Shown here piece after piece: positions 31,549 through 40,861 of a DNA stretch of 55,110 bases; the first letter of the stretch is position 1, and each line of letters starts with the position of its first letter. The position numbers were made by a program, and so were the translations under genes. Source of the stretch: an uncultured Pelagibacteraceae bacterium (lineage in GTDB: Bacteria > Pseudomonadota > Alphaproteobacteria > Pelagibacterales > Pelagibacteraceae); contig CACLJJ010000001.1 in NCBI GenBank assembly GCA_902607215.1, positions 1-55,110 of the forward strand, written 5' to 3'. The notes beneath the pieces are model-generated. The model saw only the letters and a list, made by a program, of their open reading frames with translations. It was not told where the DNA came from and ran no database searches.

Positions 31549-32313
31549 TTATTTTCCTCTAGAGTTTGCAACTGCACAAGACCAAATTATAACACCAAAT
31601 GCGATCTTATTAATAAAGTCTGCTAAGTTATAAATCACGTTAAGTGAATTAGAGTCTACTCCACCTGTTAGATATCCAAATATATAACCTAATGGATAAA
31701 TTGCCCAACCAACAGTAACGATCATTCTTAAAGCGCCAAATGCTGTTCCAAGTGATTTGTTTCCAGATCTTGAAACTGCTTTTCCTGCTTCACCTGAAAA
31801 AATTTCATAAAGAATGTAAACCCATCCAGCCATACCTATAATAAAACCAAGCATAGGTGGAATAAATCCAGCTTCTCCACAAAATCCACCCACTAACATT
31901 ACTAAAGAACCAATTAAGAGTCTCCAGAATATTCCAGTTGGAACTTTCTTAACTGCAGCTAGAATCAAATAAAATTCTATTAACTGAAGTGGCACTGTTA
32001 TTAACCAATCAATGTATCTGTAAACAGTTGGGGTATCCCCTGTTTCGACCCAAACGTTTCTCATATATATGTAATGGATAAATGCAATACCAGTTACTAA
32101 ACCAGCTACGTTTACTGATTTTCTCCACTGAACACCAACATTGGCTTGTTCCATAAAGAAAAATGCTGTAGCTGCCAACATACCCATTGATATTAACCAG
32201 AATGAAATACCAACAAAATCATCCGTAGCTAAAAAGGCTGTTGCTGCATTAGCTGCTGTAGTTGCCCCAACAAGAGCAAATAAAGTTAAAGCTAATGTTT
32301 TTAATGTCTTCAT
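31549..32313 (-). CDS. Proteorhodopsin, predicted blue-absorbing
   Basis: RYIDWLITVPLQLIEF (DTE motif, Gln at the tuning site), His in AFIHY, retinal Lys in DFINK; N-terminal signal peptide. Confidence 0.96.
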   Translation of the reverse strand: MKTLKTLALTLFALVGATTAANAATAFLATDDFVGISFWLISMGMLAATAFFFMEQANVGVQWRKSVNVAGLVTGIAFIHYIYMRNVWVETGDTPTVYRYIDWLITVPLQLIEFYLILAAVKKVPTGIFWRLLIGSLVMLVGGFCGEAGFIPPMLGFIIGMAGWVYILYEIFSGEAGKAVSRSGNKSLGTAFGALRMIVTVGWAIYPLGYIFGYLTGGVDSNSLNVIYNLADFINKIAFGVIIWSCAVANSRGK

Positions 32314-32522
32314 AAAAAAACTCCCTCTATAGTTAGTTTTTAATTTTTAAGTTTACATAAACTTCCACAGTATATATTCTACTGCCTAGTTAAGGGCTTT
32401 AACTACCAAATATAGTTGGTTTATTGAAGACTTTTTTCTGGTTAATAAGTATTGATTTTACTAACTTTTTGAAATTTAATACAACTGGAGAGTCAAAAAA
32501 AGTAAAAAAATCGAGCAGATTA

Positions 32523-34418
32523 ATGAAAAAAGATTTTGATAAAATTTACAACGAATCTATTAAAAAACCTGAAGAATTTTGGCAAAAAATATCTGATGAC
32601 ATTTTCTGGTTTAAAAAACCAACACAAATATTAAATAAAGATAAGGCACCATTTTACAAATGGTTCAGCAATGGTATCACAAATACTTGCTATAATGCCT
32701 TGGACCTTCATATAGATGAGGGTAGAGGTGATAAAATTGCTCTAATATATGATAGTCCTATCACGAGTAACAAGAAAAAATTTACTTACAAAGAACTAAA
32801 AGAAAAAGTATCCAAGTTTGCTGGGGCTTTAAAGAGTCAAGGCATTAATAAAGGTGACAGAGTTATAATTTACATGCCAATGATACCTGAGGCAGTAGTT
32901 GCGATGCTTGCATGTGGAAGGATTGGTGCTATTCACTCTGTGGTATTTGGTGGATTTGCCTCTAATGAGCTTGCTAGCAGAATTGATGATAGTAAATCAA
33001 AACTTTTAATAACTGCTTCATGTGGTTTTGAACCTGGAAAAACTGTTGAATACAAACCATTAGTAGACAAAGCTCTTGAGTTAGCGTCTCATAAACCAGA
33101 TAAGGTTATACTTTTTCAAAGAGCAAATCATGAGGTAAAGCTTAATGCTCCAAAAGAGATTGATTGGAATGAGTCTTTATCAAATGCTCAAAATGTTGAC
33201 TGTGTAGAAATGAATGCAAATGATTTTGCATACATTTTATACACTTCGGGTACCACTGGTGTTCCCAAGGGTATTGTAAGAGATATAGGTGGTCACATAG
33301 TTGCTCTTAAATGGACCATGAAAAATATTTATAACATTGACATAGATGATGTTTGGTGGTCTGCAAGTGATATTGGTTGGATAGTTGGTCACTCTTATAT
33401 TGTTTATGCTCCATTGTTCAAAGGATGCACTACAGTCTTATTTGAAGGAAAACCTGTTGGAACACCTGATGCAGGTGCATTCTGGAAAATAATTTCAGAC
33501 TATAAAGTTAAGTCTCTTTTTACTGCTCCAACAGCTTTTAGAGCTATAAAAAAAGAAGACCCAGAAGGTAAATTTTTTTCAAAATATGATCTAGGTAGCT
33601 TTGTGTCGTTATTTCTTGCAGGAGAGAGAGCAGACCCAGATACCATTAAGTGGGCAGAATCTTTATTAAAAGTTCCCGTAATTGATCATTGGTGGCAAAC
33701 TGAAACTAGCTGGGCAATTAGTTCTAATTGTACAGGAATAGAAATGATGAAAACCAAATATGGATCAGCATGTAAAGCTGTTCCAGGATATGACGTAAAA
33801 ATTATTAAACCAGATCAAACTTTGGCTAAACCAAATGAAATGGGAGATATTGTAGTCAAACTTCCTTTACCTCCTGGAACTTTTCCAACCTTATGGAATG
33901 CAGATGAAAGGTACAAAAAAACCTATATGTCAAACTATGAAGGTTATTATCAAACCTATGATGCAGGCCACATTGATGATGATGGTTATATTTGGATTAT
34001 GTCTAGAACAGATGATATAATAAATGTTGCTGGACACAGATTGTCAACGGGAGCTCTTGAAGAAGTTTTGTCAGAGCATCAGTCAGTCGCTGAATGTGCT
34101 GTTATTGGTATTGCAGATAAATTAAAAGGACAATTGCCGATTGGTCTAATCGCACTTAAAACTGGTGTTAAAAAGGACAATGAAACAATATCTAAAGAAT
34201 GTATTCAAATGGTTAGAGATAAAGTAGGTCCAGTTGCAGCCTTTAAAACTGCGATTGTTGTAAAAAGATTGCCAAAAACAAGATCGGGAAAAATTCTAAG
34301 AGGAACCGTTAGAAAAATAGCTGATAAAGAAGAATATAAAATGCCAGCAACGATTGATGATCCTGCAATTTTAGATGAGATAAAACAAAATCTAATTGAG
34401 AATGGTATTTTAAAATAA
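32523..34418 (+). CDS. prpE: Propionyl-CoA synthetase (short-chain acyl-CoA synthetase)
   Basis: YTSGTTGVPKG, DHWWQTET, NVAGHRLS and PKTRSGKILR motifs; start moved from TTG 32424 to ATG 32523. Confidence 0.85.
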   Translation: MKKDFDKIYNESIKKPEEFWQKISDDIFWFKKPTQILNKDKAPFYKWFSNGITNTCYNALDLHIDEGRGDKIALIYDSPITSNKKKFTYKELKEKVSKFAGALKSQGINKGDRVIIYMPMIPEAVVAMLACGRIGAIHSVVFGGFASNELASRIDDSKSKLLITASCGFEPGKTVEYKPLVDKALELASHKPDKVILFQRANHEVKLNAPKEIDWNESLSNAQNVDCVEMNANDFAYILYTSGTTGVPKGIVRDIGGHIVALKWTMKNIYNIDIDDVWWSASDIGWIVGHSYIVYAPLFKGCTTVLFEGKPVGTPDAGAFWKIISDYKVKSLFTAPTAFRAIKKEDPEGKFFSKYDLGSFVSLFLAGERADPDTIKWAESLLKVPVIDHWWQTETSWAISSNCTGIEMMKTKYGSACKAVPGYDVKIIKPDQTLAKPNEMGDIVVKLPLPPGTFPTLWNADERYKKTYMSNYEGYYQTYDAGHIDDDGYIWIMSRTDDIINVAGHRLSTGALEEVLSEHQSVAECAVIGIADKLKGQLPIGLIALKTGVKKDNETISKECIQMVRDKVGPVAAFKTAIVVKRLPKTRSGKILRGTVRKIADKEEYKMPATIDDPAILDEIKQNLIENGILK

Positions 34419-34750
34419 TGATAAAAACATATTTTTTTTTAATAGGTGCTATTTTTTGCGAAGTAGCCGGAACTATGTTGCTTCCAGTAACACAAAATTT
34501 TACTAAATTAACCCCTACATCAATACTTGCAGTTTGTTATTTATCTGCATTTTATTTACTTACATTTGTAGTAAACAAACTTCCGATAGCTATTGTTTAT
34601 GCAACGTGGAGTGGACTCGGGGTATTTACAATTGCAATACTTGGTTATATTTTTTTTAAACAAACTCTAAGTTGGCAAGCAATTCTGGGATTATTTCTAA
34701 TTGTTATTGGCGTAGTTTTGGTAAATAGTTATTCTTCAAAAGTCATTTAA
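34418..34750 (+). CDS. SMR family transporter (EmrE-like)
   Basis: 110 aa, four TM helices, membrane Glu (CEVAGT), YATWSGLG. Confidence 0.88.
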   Translation: MIKTYFFLIGAIFCEVAGTMLLPVTQNFTKLTPTSILAVCYLSAFYLLTFVVNKLPIAIVYATWSGLGVFTIAILGYIFFKQTLSWQAILGLFLIVIGVVLVNSYSSKVI

Positions 34751-36054
34751 AAAATTATTGGTTGACCCTCGGGTTCTCCCAATATCTTTCCATCTTTCAT
34801 TTTAATTTTACCATTAATTATTGTTGAAACTGGTGTTCCTTTAAAAATCTGCCCATTAAATGGTGACCATTTACATTTGCTTTCTATATTTTCATTTTTA
34901 ATTTCAATTTTTTTGTTTAAATTAACTATAGTTAGATCGGCATCAAAACCTTCTTTGATATAACCTTTATTTTTAATTCCAAAAATATTAACAGGATTTT
35001 CACATAAAAATTTTACTAGCTGTTCTATTTTTAATTTTCCGTCATTAACATAATTTAACATAACCGGTAACAATGTTTGGACTCCAGGCATACCAGATGG
35101 TGAATCTGGGTATTCCTTTTCCTTGTTTTCTTTTAAATGTGGTGCGTGGTCAGAACCTATTGTGTCATTGTAATTATTTTTTATTGCGTACCATAATCTA
35201 TCATAATGAGTTTTGTCTCTAATTGGTGGATTCATTTGAGCGTACGTTCCAAGCTTATTATAACAATCTGGTGCATACAGTGTTAGGTGCTGAGGTGTAA
35301 TTTCAAATGTAATATTACCCTTATTTTGAGACAAGAAGTCTACTTCTTCTTTGGTGCTAACATGGAGGATGTGCGCTTTTTTATTTAATCTTATTGCAAT
35401 CTTAACTATTTTTCTTGTAGATGAAATTGCACATTCCTCATTTCTCCAAATCGGATGACTTAAAACATTTCCCTTTTCTCTTAATTTTTTCCTTTGATTT
35501 AAAATTGCCTCATCCTCAGAGTGAACTGACACAATTTTTGAAGTATGCTTAAATACTTTTTCTATATCTTGCTCCTTATCGACTAATAAATTTCCAGTTG
35601 ATGATCCTGCAAATAATTTCACGCCACAGCAACCTTCTAAATTATTCAATTGAGATAATTCTGAAAGATTAGATGTTGTTGCTCCAAAATAGAATGCGTA
35701 GTTACAATACATTCTATTTTTTGCTAAATTTAATTTATTTTGAAATTCCTTTTTATTTGCTGTTGGAGGATTTGTATTGGGCATTTCAAAAACACCCGTT
35801 ATACCTCCTATAATTGCCGCTTTGCTACCTGAGTTTAGGTCTTCTGCGTCAGTAGAGCCTGGTTCTCTAAAATGAACCTGAGTATCAATACACCCTGGTA
35901 AAACTACTAAGTTTTCGCAGTCATGAATGTCTTTTGATGTTTCTTTAATAGATTCTTCAATCTTAGATATTTTGCCATCTATTATACCAATATCTTTTTT
36001 TTGCAGATTTCCATCAATAAAACATGATCCATTTTTAATTATAAGGTCTAACAT
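34747..36054 (-). CDS. pyrC: Dihydroorotase
   Basis: PGCIDTQVHFREPG, EMPNTNP, MNPPIR and SDHAPH motifs. Confidence 0.88.
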   Translation of the reverse strand: MLDLIIKNGSCFIDGNLQKKDIGIIDGKISKIEESIKETSKDIHDCENLVVLPGCIDTQVHFREPGSTDAEDLNSGSKAAIIGGITGVFEMPNTNPPTANKKEFQNKLNLAKNRMYCNYAFYFGATTSNLSELSQLNNLEGCCGVKLFAGSSTGNLLVDKEQDIEKVFKHTSKIVSVHSEDEAILNQRKKLREKGNVLSHPIWRNEECAISSTRKIVKIAIRLNKKAHILHVSTKEEVDFLSQNKGNITFEITPQHLTLYAPDCYNKLGTYAQMNPPIRDKTHYDRLWYAIKNNYNDTIGSDHAPHLKENKEKEYPDSPSGMPGVQTLLPVMLNYVNDGKLKIEQLVKFLCENPVNIFGIKNKGYIKEGFDADLTIVNLNKKIEIKNENIESKCKWSPFNGQIFKGTPVSTIINGKIKMKDGKILGEPEGQPIIF

Positions 36055-36097
36055 TTATTAGAAAAGTAATTATATTATAAATTATCAACAATCAATT

Positions 36098-36988
36098 ATG
36101 AATAAAAATAAAATATACATACTTGAAGACAGAGGGTTACTTTATGTTCAAGGCGATGATGTTAAAGAATTTCTTCAAAATATCATTTCTAATGATGTCT
36201 ACAAGGTATCTGATAATTTTAGTTGTTATGCTTCTTTGCTTACTCCTCAAGGAAAATACCTTTTTGATTTTATAATATTAAAACATAAAAAAGGTTATTT
36301 TATAGATTGTGATAAAAAACGGATTGATCAATTATACGAACATTTAAATTTATATAAATTAAGATCTAAGGTTGAAATTCTAAACTTGAGCAATGAATTT
36401 GTTGTAGCTGTAATTAGCAAAGAAAAATTTTTATCTATCACAAATGCTAGAGATGAGGTTGGATTTACAATTAAATATAGAGAAGATCCTATAGTTTTAG
36501 ATCCTAGAGATACAGAATTAGGTGGAAGATTAGTTATTAATTTAGAAAAACTTTATTTATCAGTAAAAAAACTTGAATTAAAATCATCTAAAAGCGATGA
36601 ATATTATAATTTCAGTCATAAGTTAGGAATCCCTCAACTCAATACAAATAAATTACAAAATAAAGTTTTTGGAATTGAATGTAATTTTGATGAACTGAAT
36701 GGCATTGATTTTAAAAAAGGATGTTATGTCGGGCAAGAAAATACAGCAAGAATTAAGCTTAGAAATAAACTGACAAAAAGAATATTTCCTATACAAATTA
36801 TTGAGGGAAAAATTCAAGTTGATGAAAATATTTATATTAATGATGAAAATGTTGGTAAAATTTTAATTAATAATAATTATCCTTTTGGATTAATTAAATT
36901 TAAAAATGATAGTATTGATTTTTCAAAAGAATATACGTGTGGTTCTTCTAAAATAAAAATTATAAAACCTAGCTGGATGAAAAATTAG
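36098..36988 (+). CDS. ygfZ: Folate-binding Fe-S cluster repair protein YgfZ
   Basis: LLTPQGK and KGCYVGQE signature. Confidence 0.92.
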   Translation: MNKNKIYILEDRGLLYVQGDDVKEFLQNIISNDVYKVSDNFSCYASLLTPQGKYLFDFIILKHKKGYFIDCDKKRIDQLYEHLNLYKLRSKVEILNLSNEFVVAVISKEKFLSITNARDEVGFTIKYREDPIVLDPRDTELGGRLVINLEKLYLSVKKLELKSSKSDEYYNFSHKLGIPQLNTNKLQNKVFGIECNFDELNGIDFKKGCYVGQENTARIKLRNKLTKRIFPIQIIEGKIQVDENIYINDENVGKILINNNYPFGLIKFKNDSIDFSKEYTCGSSKIKIIKPSWMKN

Positions 36989-36992
36989 TAAA

Positions 36993-37958
36993 TTATTTTT
37001 TAAATAATCTATAATTATCTTGATACCATCTAATTGTTTTAAATAAACCACTTTTTAAAGATATTTTTTGTTTCCAACCTAAATCTCTTTTAATTTTATT
37101 ATCATTTAATTTTTGAAAATTAATTTCTTGCTTTGATTTATTCATAATAATGGGTGTTAAATGTTTTTTTTTCATTAAATCTAAAATTAAATTAACTAAT
37201 TTTAAAACTGATAAGTTATATTTTGATCCAACATTATAAATTAATAATTTTTTATTTTTGTATTTTTCTAAAGCTTTCATAATCATATAATAAGCATTAA
37301 CAGCATCATCTACATATAAATAATCTCTCACCAATTTTCCTGAAGATCTTATTTTTATTTTTTTGTTATTGATTAGTGAAATAATTGTTTCTGGAATTAT
37401 TCTATTTAAATTAAAATCTCCAGGACCAAATAGATTTCCACATCTTACTATTCCAATATTTAATTTATAAACTGTAAAGTAAGATTGACAAATTAAGTCC
37501 GAACATGTTTTGGATAAATCATAAGGATATATTGATGATAAATTGTCATTCTCAAGATAATTTCTATGTTTAATCTCACCGTAAGCTTTATCAGATGAAC
37601 TATAAAGAAAAAGAATTGATGGGTCTATTTCCCTTATACACTCCAATATATTAATGGTGCCCATAATATTATTTTTATAAGTGCCATATGGATTTCTAAG
37701 TCCTTCAAGAACTTGAGTTGTTGCGCCTGTATGAAAAATAATATTAATTTTTTTATTTTTAATAATTTTTTTTAATAATGGTTTATTTTGAAAATTTCCA
37801 TAAACAAAACTTGCAACATTTTTACTAATTAATTTATTTCTTTTTTTATTTTTTGATTTATCTAATACAAATATATTGTATTTTTTTTTGCTTAAAAATT
37901 TTGCTAAATGTTTTCCTAATAATCCTAAACCACCAGTAATAAGTATATTTTTTTTCAT
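36993..37958 (-). CDS. NAD-dependent epimerase/dehydratase (CDP-glucose 4,6-dehydratase-like)
   Basis: TGGLGLLG, SSDKAYG, YDLSK, RCGNLFGPGD and RDYLYV motifs. Confidence 0.82.
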   Translation of the reverse strand: MKKNILITGGLGLLGKHLAKFLSKKKYNIFVLDKSKNKKRNKLISKNVASFVYGNFQNKPLLKKIIKNKKINIIFHTGATTQVLEGLRNPYGTYKNNIMGTINILECIREIDPSILFLYSSSDKAYGEIKHRNYLENDNLSSIYPYDLSKTCSDLICQSYFTVYKLNIGIVRCGNLFGPGDFNLNRIIPETIISLINNKKIKIRSSGKLVRDYLYVDDAVNAYYMIMKALEKYKNKKLLIYNVGSKYNLSVLKLVNLILDLMKKKHLTPIIMNKSKQEINFQKLNDNKIKRDLGWKQKISLKSGLFKTIRWYQDNYRLFKK

Positions 37959-38722
37959 TTAATTTTTTTTAATTTTTTTTTTGCTATAATTAATTCTTTC
38001 TTATCATTGATGCTATAAAAATAACCTTTGTGTTCGTAACTTTGCAATAATTTGTGTTTCGATAAAATTGGAAGGAAATTATCTTCAAGCTCATATTTAT
38101 ATTTTTTAAATTTTTTTATAAGTTTTGAGGTGAATAAATAATTTCCAATATTGATAGGATATTGATGTGGGGGTTTTTCTACAAATTTTCTTACTGAGCC
38201 TCTTTTGTCTGTTATTACATGTCCAAACTGAGATTTTTTTTTAAAAATAGTAATGATGGCTTTTTTCTTTTTATACAAATAAAACTTTTTAAAAAGTTGA
38301 CTTAATTTAATATTCGCTAAATCATCTCCATAAGCTACTAGCAAATCATCACTTATTAAATAATTTAGAGATTTGTAAATTCTAGACAACTTACTGGTAT
38401 TTTTTCCAGCATCAAAAAATGAAATATTTAGCTTGTCCGAAAATATATCTTTTTTTTTAAATTTTTTTTTTAAAATATTAAACTTGTATTTTGAAATATT
38501 TTTTTTTGAATTAAAAAATTTAATAAAATATTTCTTTTTAAAACCAAGAGGAAAAATAAAATGATTTAAGCCAAATTTCTTAAATCTATTTAATATATGT
38601 ATCAAAATAAATTCCTTGTTTAATTTTGATAACTGTTTAGGTGGTTCTTTAATTGAAGAAAATCTTGATCCTGAGCCACCTACCAAAATAATAGTTGAGA
38701 TAAATTTTTTTTTAGCTTTCAT
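37955..38722 (-). CDS. Sugar-phosphate nucleotidyltransferase (glucose-1-phosphate cytidylyltransferase-like, divergent)
   Basis: ILVGGSGSR, YGDD and FVEKP motifs; 4-bp overlap with the dehydratase. Confidence 0.75.
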   Translation of the reverse strand: MKAKKKFISTIILVGGSGSRFSSIKEPPKQLSKLNKEFILIHILNRFKKFGLNHFIFPLGFKKKYFIKFFNSKKNISKYKFNILKKKFKKKDIFSDKLNISFFDAGKNTSKLSRIYKSLNYLISDDLLVAYGDDLANIKLSQLFKKFYLYKKKKAIITIFKKKSQFGHVITDKRGSVRKFVEKPPHQYPINIGNYLFTSKLIKKFKKYKYELEDNFLPILSKHKLLQSYEHKGYFYSINDKKELIIAKKKLKKIK

Positions 38723-38816
38723 AGAATATTTGAGTTAACACATATCCAATATTAAGTAAAATAGCATATAGAGATTTAATTTAACTTAAATTACTGTATT
38801 AATAAAACTAGAAAAT

Positions 38817-39623
38817 ATGATAAAAGCAACAGTTGGTATATTAACTTTTAATAGCGCCAAATATTTAAATGATTGTTTAAATAGTGTAAAAAGTTTTAGA
38901 GAAATTTTAGTTCTTGATGGTGGAAGTACTGATCAAACTTTAAATATTGCCAAAAAATATAATTGCAAAATAAGAAAACAACCTAAAAAATTTAAATTTA
39001 AAAATAATAAAATAAAAGATTTTTCCAAATTAAAAGATTTAATTTTAAAATTATCAAATAACGATCTTGTTCTTTTCTTAGACTCTGATGAAATTCTTGA
39101 TAAATCTATCTTAAAAAAAATAAATTTTTACTCTAAATCGAAAATTTCTAAAAAAAAATATTATTCATTTTTGTTAGGAAGGTTTCCAGTACATAAAAAC
39201 AAAACTATTACACAAAAAACCATATTTTATCCAAATTTTCAGGAAAGACTTGTTTATAAATCAAACATTAAAAATTTTACTAAACCAGTTCACGAAAGAC
39301 CATTGCCCAAAAATAAAAATTTAGTTTCAAAAAAAATACCAAATCAGTCAATTAAATTTCCAGTAAACCTAAACAATCAAAATCTATATAAAAAATATAA
39401 TTATTATTATAAAATCGAAAAAAAAATGCTTTTAAGCAACACAAATTTGTTTAAGAGATTAAATTTTATTTTGTATAGGTTATTGGTTATTTTTAAGTAT
39501 ATTGTGCAAAACTTTTTTTTTAATTCAAAAGTTTCTGATAATGATTATAAAAAATTTGAAAAAGAACATATGAAATTAAATGTATATTTTTCTTTTAAGC
39601 TATTAGTTAATCTTTTTAAGTGA
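38817..39623 (+). CDS. GT2 glycosyltransferase (LPS core beta-glucosyltransferase-like)
   Basis: ILTFNS, LDGGSTDQT, LDSDE and VHE motifs. Confidence 0.82.
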   Translation: MIKATVGILTFNSAKYLNDCLNSVKSFREILVLDGGSTDQTLNIAKKYNCKIRKQPKKFKFKNNKIKDFSKLKDLILKLSNNDLVLFLDSDEILDKSILKKINFYSKSKISKKKYYSFLLGRFPVHKNKTITQKTIFYPNFQERLVYKSNIKNFTKPVHERPLPKNKNLVSKKIPNQSIKFPVNLNNQNLYKKYNYYYKIEKKMLLSNTNLFKRLNFILYRLLVIFKYIVQNFFFNSKVSDNDYKKFEKEHMKLNVYFSFKLLVNLFK

Positions 39624-39627
39624 AAAT

Positions 39628-39678
39628 TGGTTGTGAGGAGGCAAATTTGAATCGCCGACCTCAAAGTTATGGATTTTG
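39628..39678 (-). pseudogene. Decayed tRNA(CAT) 3' half, most like initiator tRNA-Met
   Basis: Minus strand CAAAA-TCCATAA-CTTTG AGGTC GGCGA-TTCAAAT-TTGCC TCCTCACA A CCA: anticodon arm, T-arm and CCA present; no D-arm or 5' acceptor strand. Confidence 0.7.
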
Positions 39679-39722
39679 TTTAGGATGTTTTGACTTTTTT
39701 TTCAAAAAAATACATAAATAAA

Positions 39723-39809
39723 TGGTGCGGCCAGAGAGACTCGAACTCTCATAGAGAAACCTCCACTTGACCCTCAACCAAGCCTGTCTACCAATTTCAG
39801 CATGGCCGC
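39723..39809 (-). tRNA. tRNA-Leu(GAG)
   Basis: GCGGCCA...TGGCCGC acceptor stem, anticodon arm CTTGG-TTGAGGG-TCAAG, long variable arm, GTTCGAGTC T-loop, encoded CCA; 87 nt. Confidence 0.95.
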
Positions 39810-39820
39810 GTTTATGCGGC

Positions 39821-39849
39821 AGAATAAGTGAATGACAAGCATCTTTCAA
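39821..39849 (-). promoter_or_regulatory. Putative sigma70 promoter for tRNA-Leu
   Basis: Minus strand TTGAAA-N17-TATTCT followed by a GCCGC discriminator. Confidence 0.6.
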
Positions 39850-39866
39850 GTTGATAGATTTAATCA

Positions 39867-40856
39867 ATGGAATTTACTAGTGAAATAAAAAAAGCGACAG
39901 AGCCAATTTATCAGAAAATTTCTAAAGCCATACCTGAAATTGAATGGTCTGCTCATGCTCCTTATATCTACCGAATTAATCAACTTAAAAAAGAGAAGAA
40001 TGCAGTAATACTTGCGCATAATTATCAGACTCCAGAAATTTATCATGGAATTTCAGATTTTTCCTCTGATTCACTCGCGTTAGCTGTTGAGGCTGCAAAA
40101 ACAAAAGCGAATATTATTGTTATGTGCGGAGTGCATTTTATGGCTGAAACTGCAAAATTAATGAGTCCAGAAAAAAAAATTTTGCTTCCGGATATGGAAG
40201 CGGGTTGTTCATTATCGTCTTCAATTAATGGAGAGGATGTTAGAAATTTAAAAAAGAAATATCCAGGAGTACCTGTGGTATCTTATGTAAATACTTCAGC
40301 TGATGTAAAAGCTGAAACAGACGTATGTTGTACATCGGCTAATGCTGTAAAAATTGTAAAATCATTAGGTGTTAAAAAAGTTATATTTTTACCTGATCAT
40401 TTTTTAGCAAAATACGTTGCTTCACAAACTGATGTTGAAATAATTTCATGGAAAGGCACATGTGAAGTGCATGAACAATTTAATGATCAAGAGATAAATG
40501 AAATCAGAAAAAACAATCCAGGAATTAAAATTATTGCTCATCCAGAATGTCCACCAGATGTAATTAAGGCAAGTGATTTTGCTGGATCCACAAGTGGAAT
40601 GATAAAATATGTAAGAGATAATCAACCAGAAAAAGTAATGATGGTTACTGAATGTTCAATGAGTGACAATGTTCAAATTGATAATCCAAAAGTAAAATTT
40701 ATTAGACCATGTAATTTGTGCCCACACATGAAAAAAATTACTCTTCCAAAAATTTTAGACTGTCTAGAAAATGAAACTAATGAAATTTTAATAAGCGAAG
40801 AAACTATTGAGAAAGCTAGAAAATCAGTAGAAAGAATGGCAGAAATAGGCAGATAA
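39867..40856 (+). CDS. nadA: Quinolinate synthase
   Basis: ILAHNYQ, CGVHFMAET, AGCSL, YVNTSA, AHPEC and CPHMK motifs. Confidence 0.96.
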   Translation: MEFTSEIKKATEPIYQKISKAIPEIEWSAHAPYIYRINQLKKEKNAVILAHNYQTPEIYHGISDFSSDSLALAVEAAKTKANIIVMCGVHFMAETAKLMSPEKKILLPDMEAGCSLSSSINGEDVRNLKKKYPGVPVVSYVNTSADVKAETDVCCTSANAVKIVKSLGVKKVIFLPDHFLAKYVASQTDVEIISWKGTCEVHEQFNDQEINEIRKNNPGIKIIAHPECPPDVIKASDFAGSTSGMIKYVRDNQPEKVMMVTECSMSDNVQIDNPKVKFIRPCNLCPHMKKITLPKILDCLENETNEILISEETIEKARKSVERMAEIGR

Positions 40857-40861
40857 GATCT

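Noticed and set aside
36989-39627. Active mobile element or prophage at the tRNA
   Set aside because: No integrase, transposase or phage genes, and I found no matching repeat at the ygfZ end.
39667-40046. ORFs 39667-39867 and 39864-40046
   Set aside because: They overlap tRNA-Leu or are antisense to nadA.
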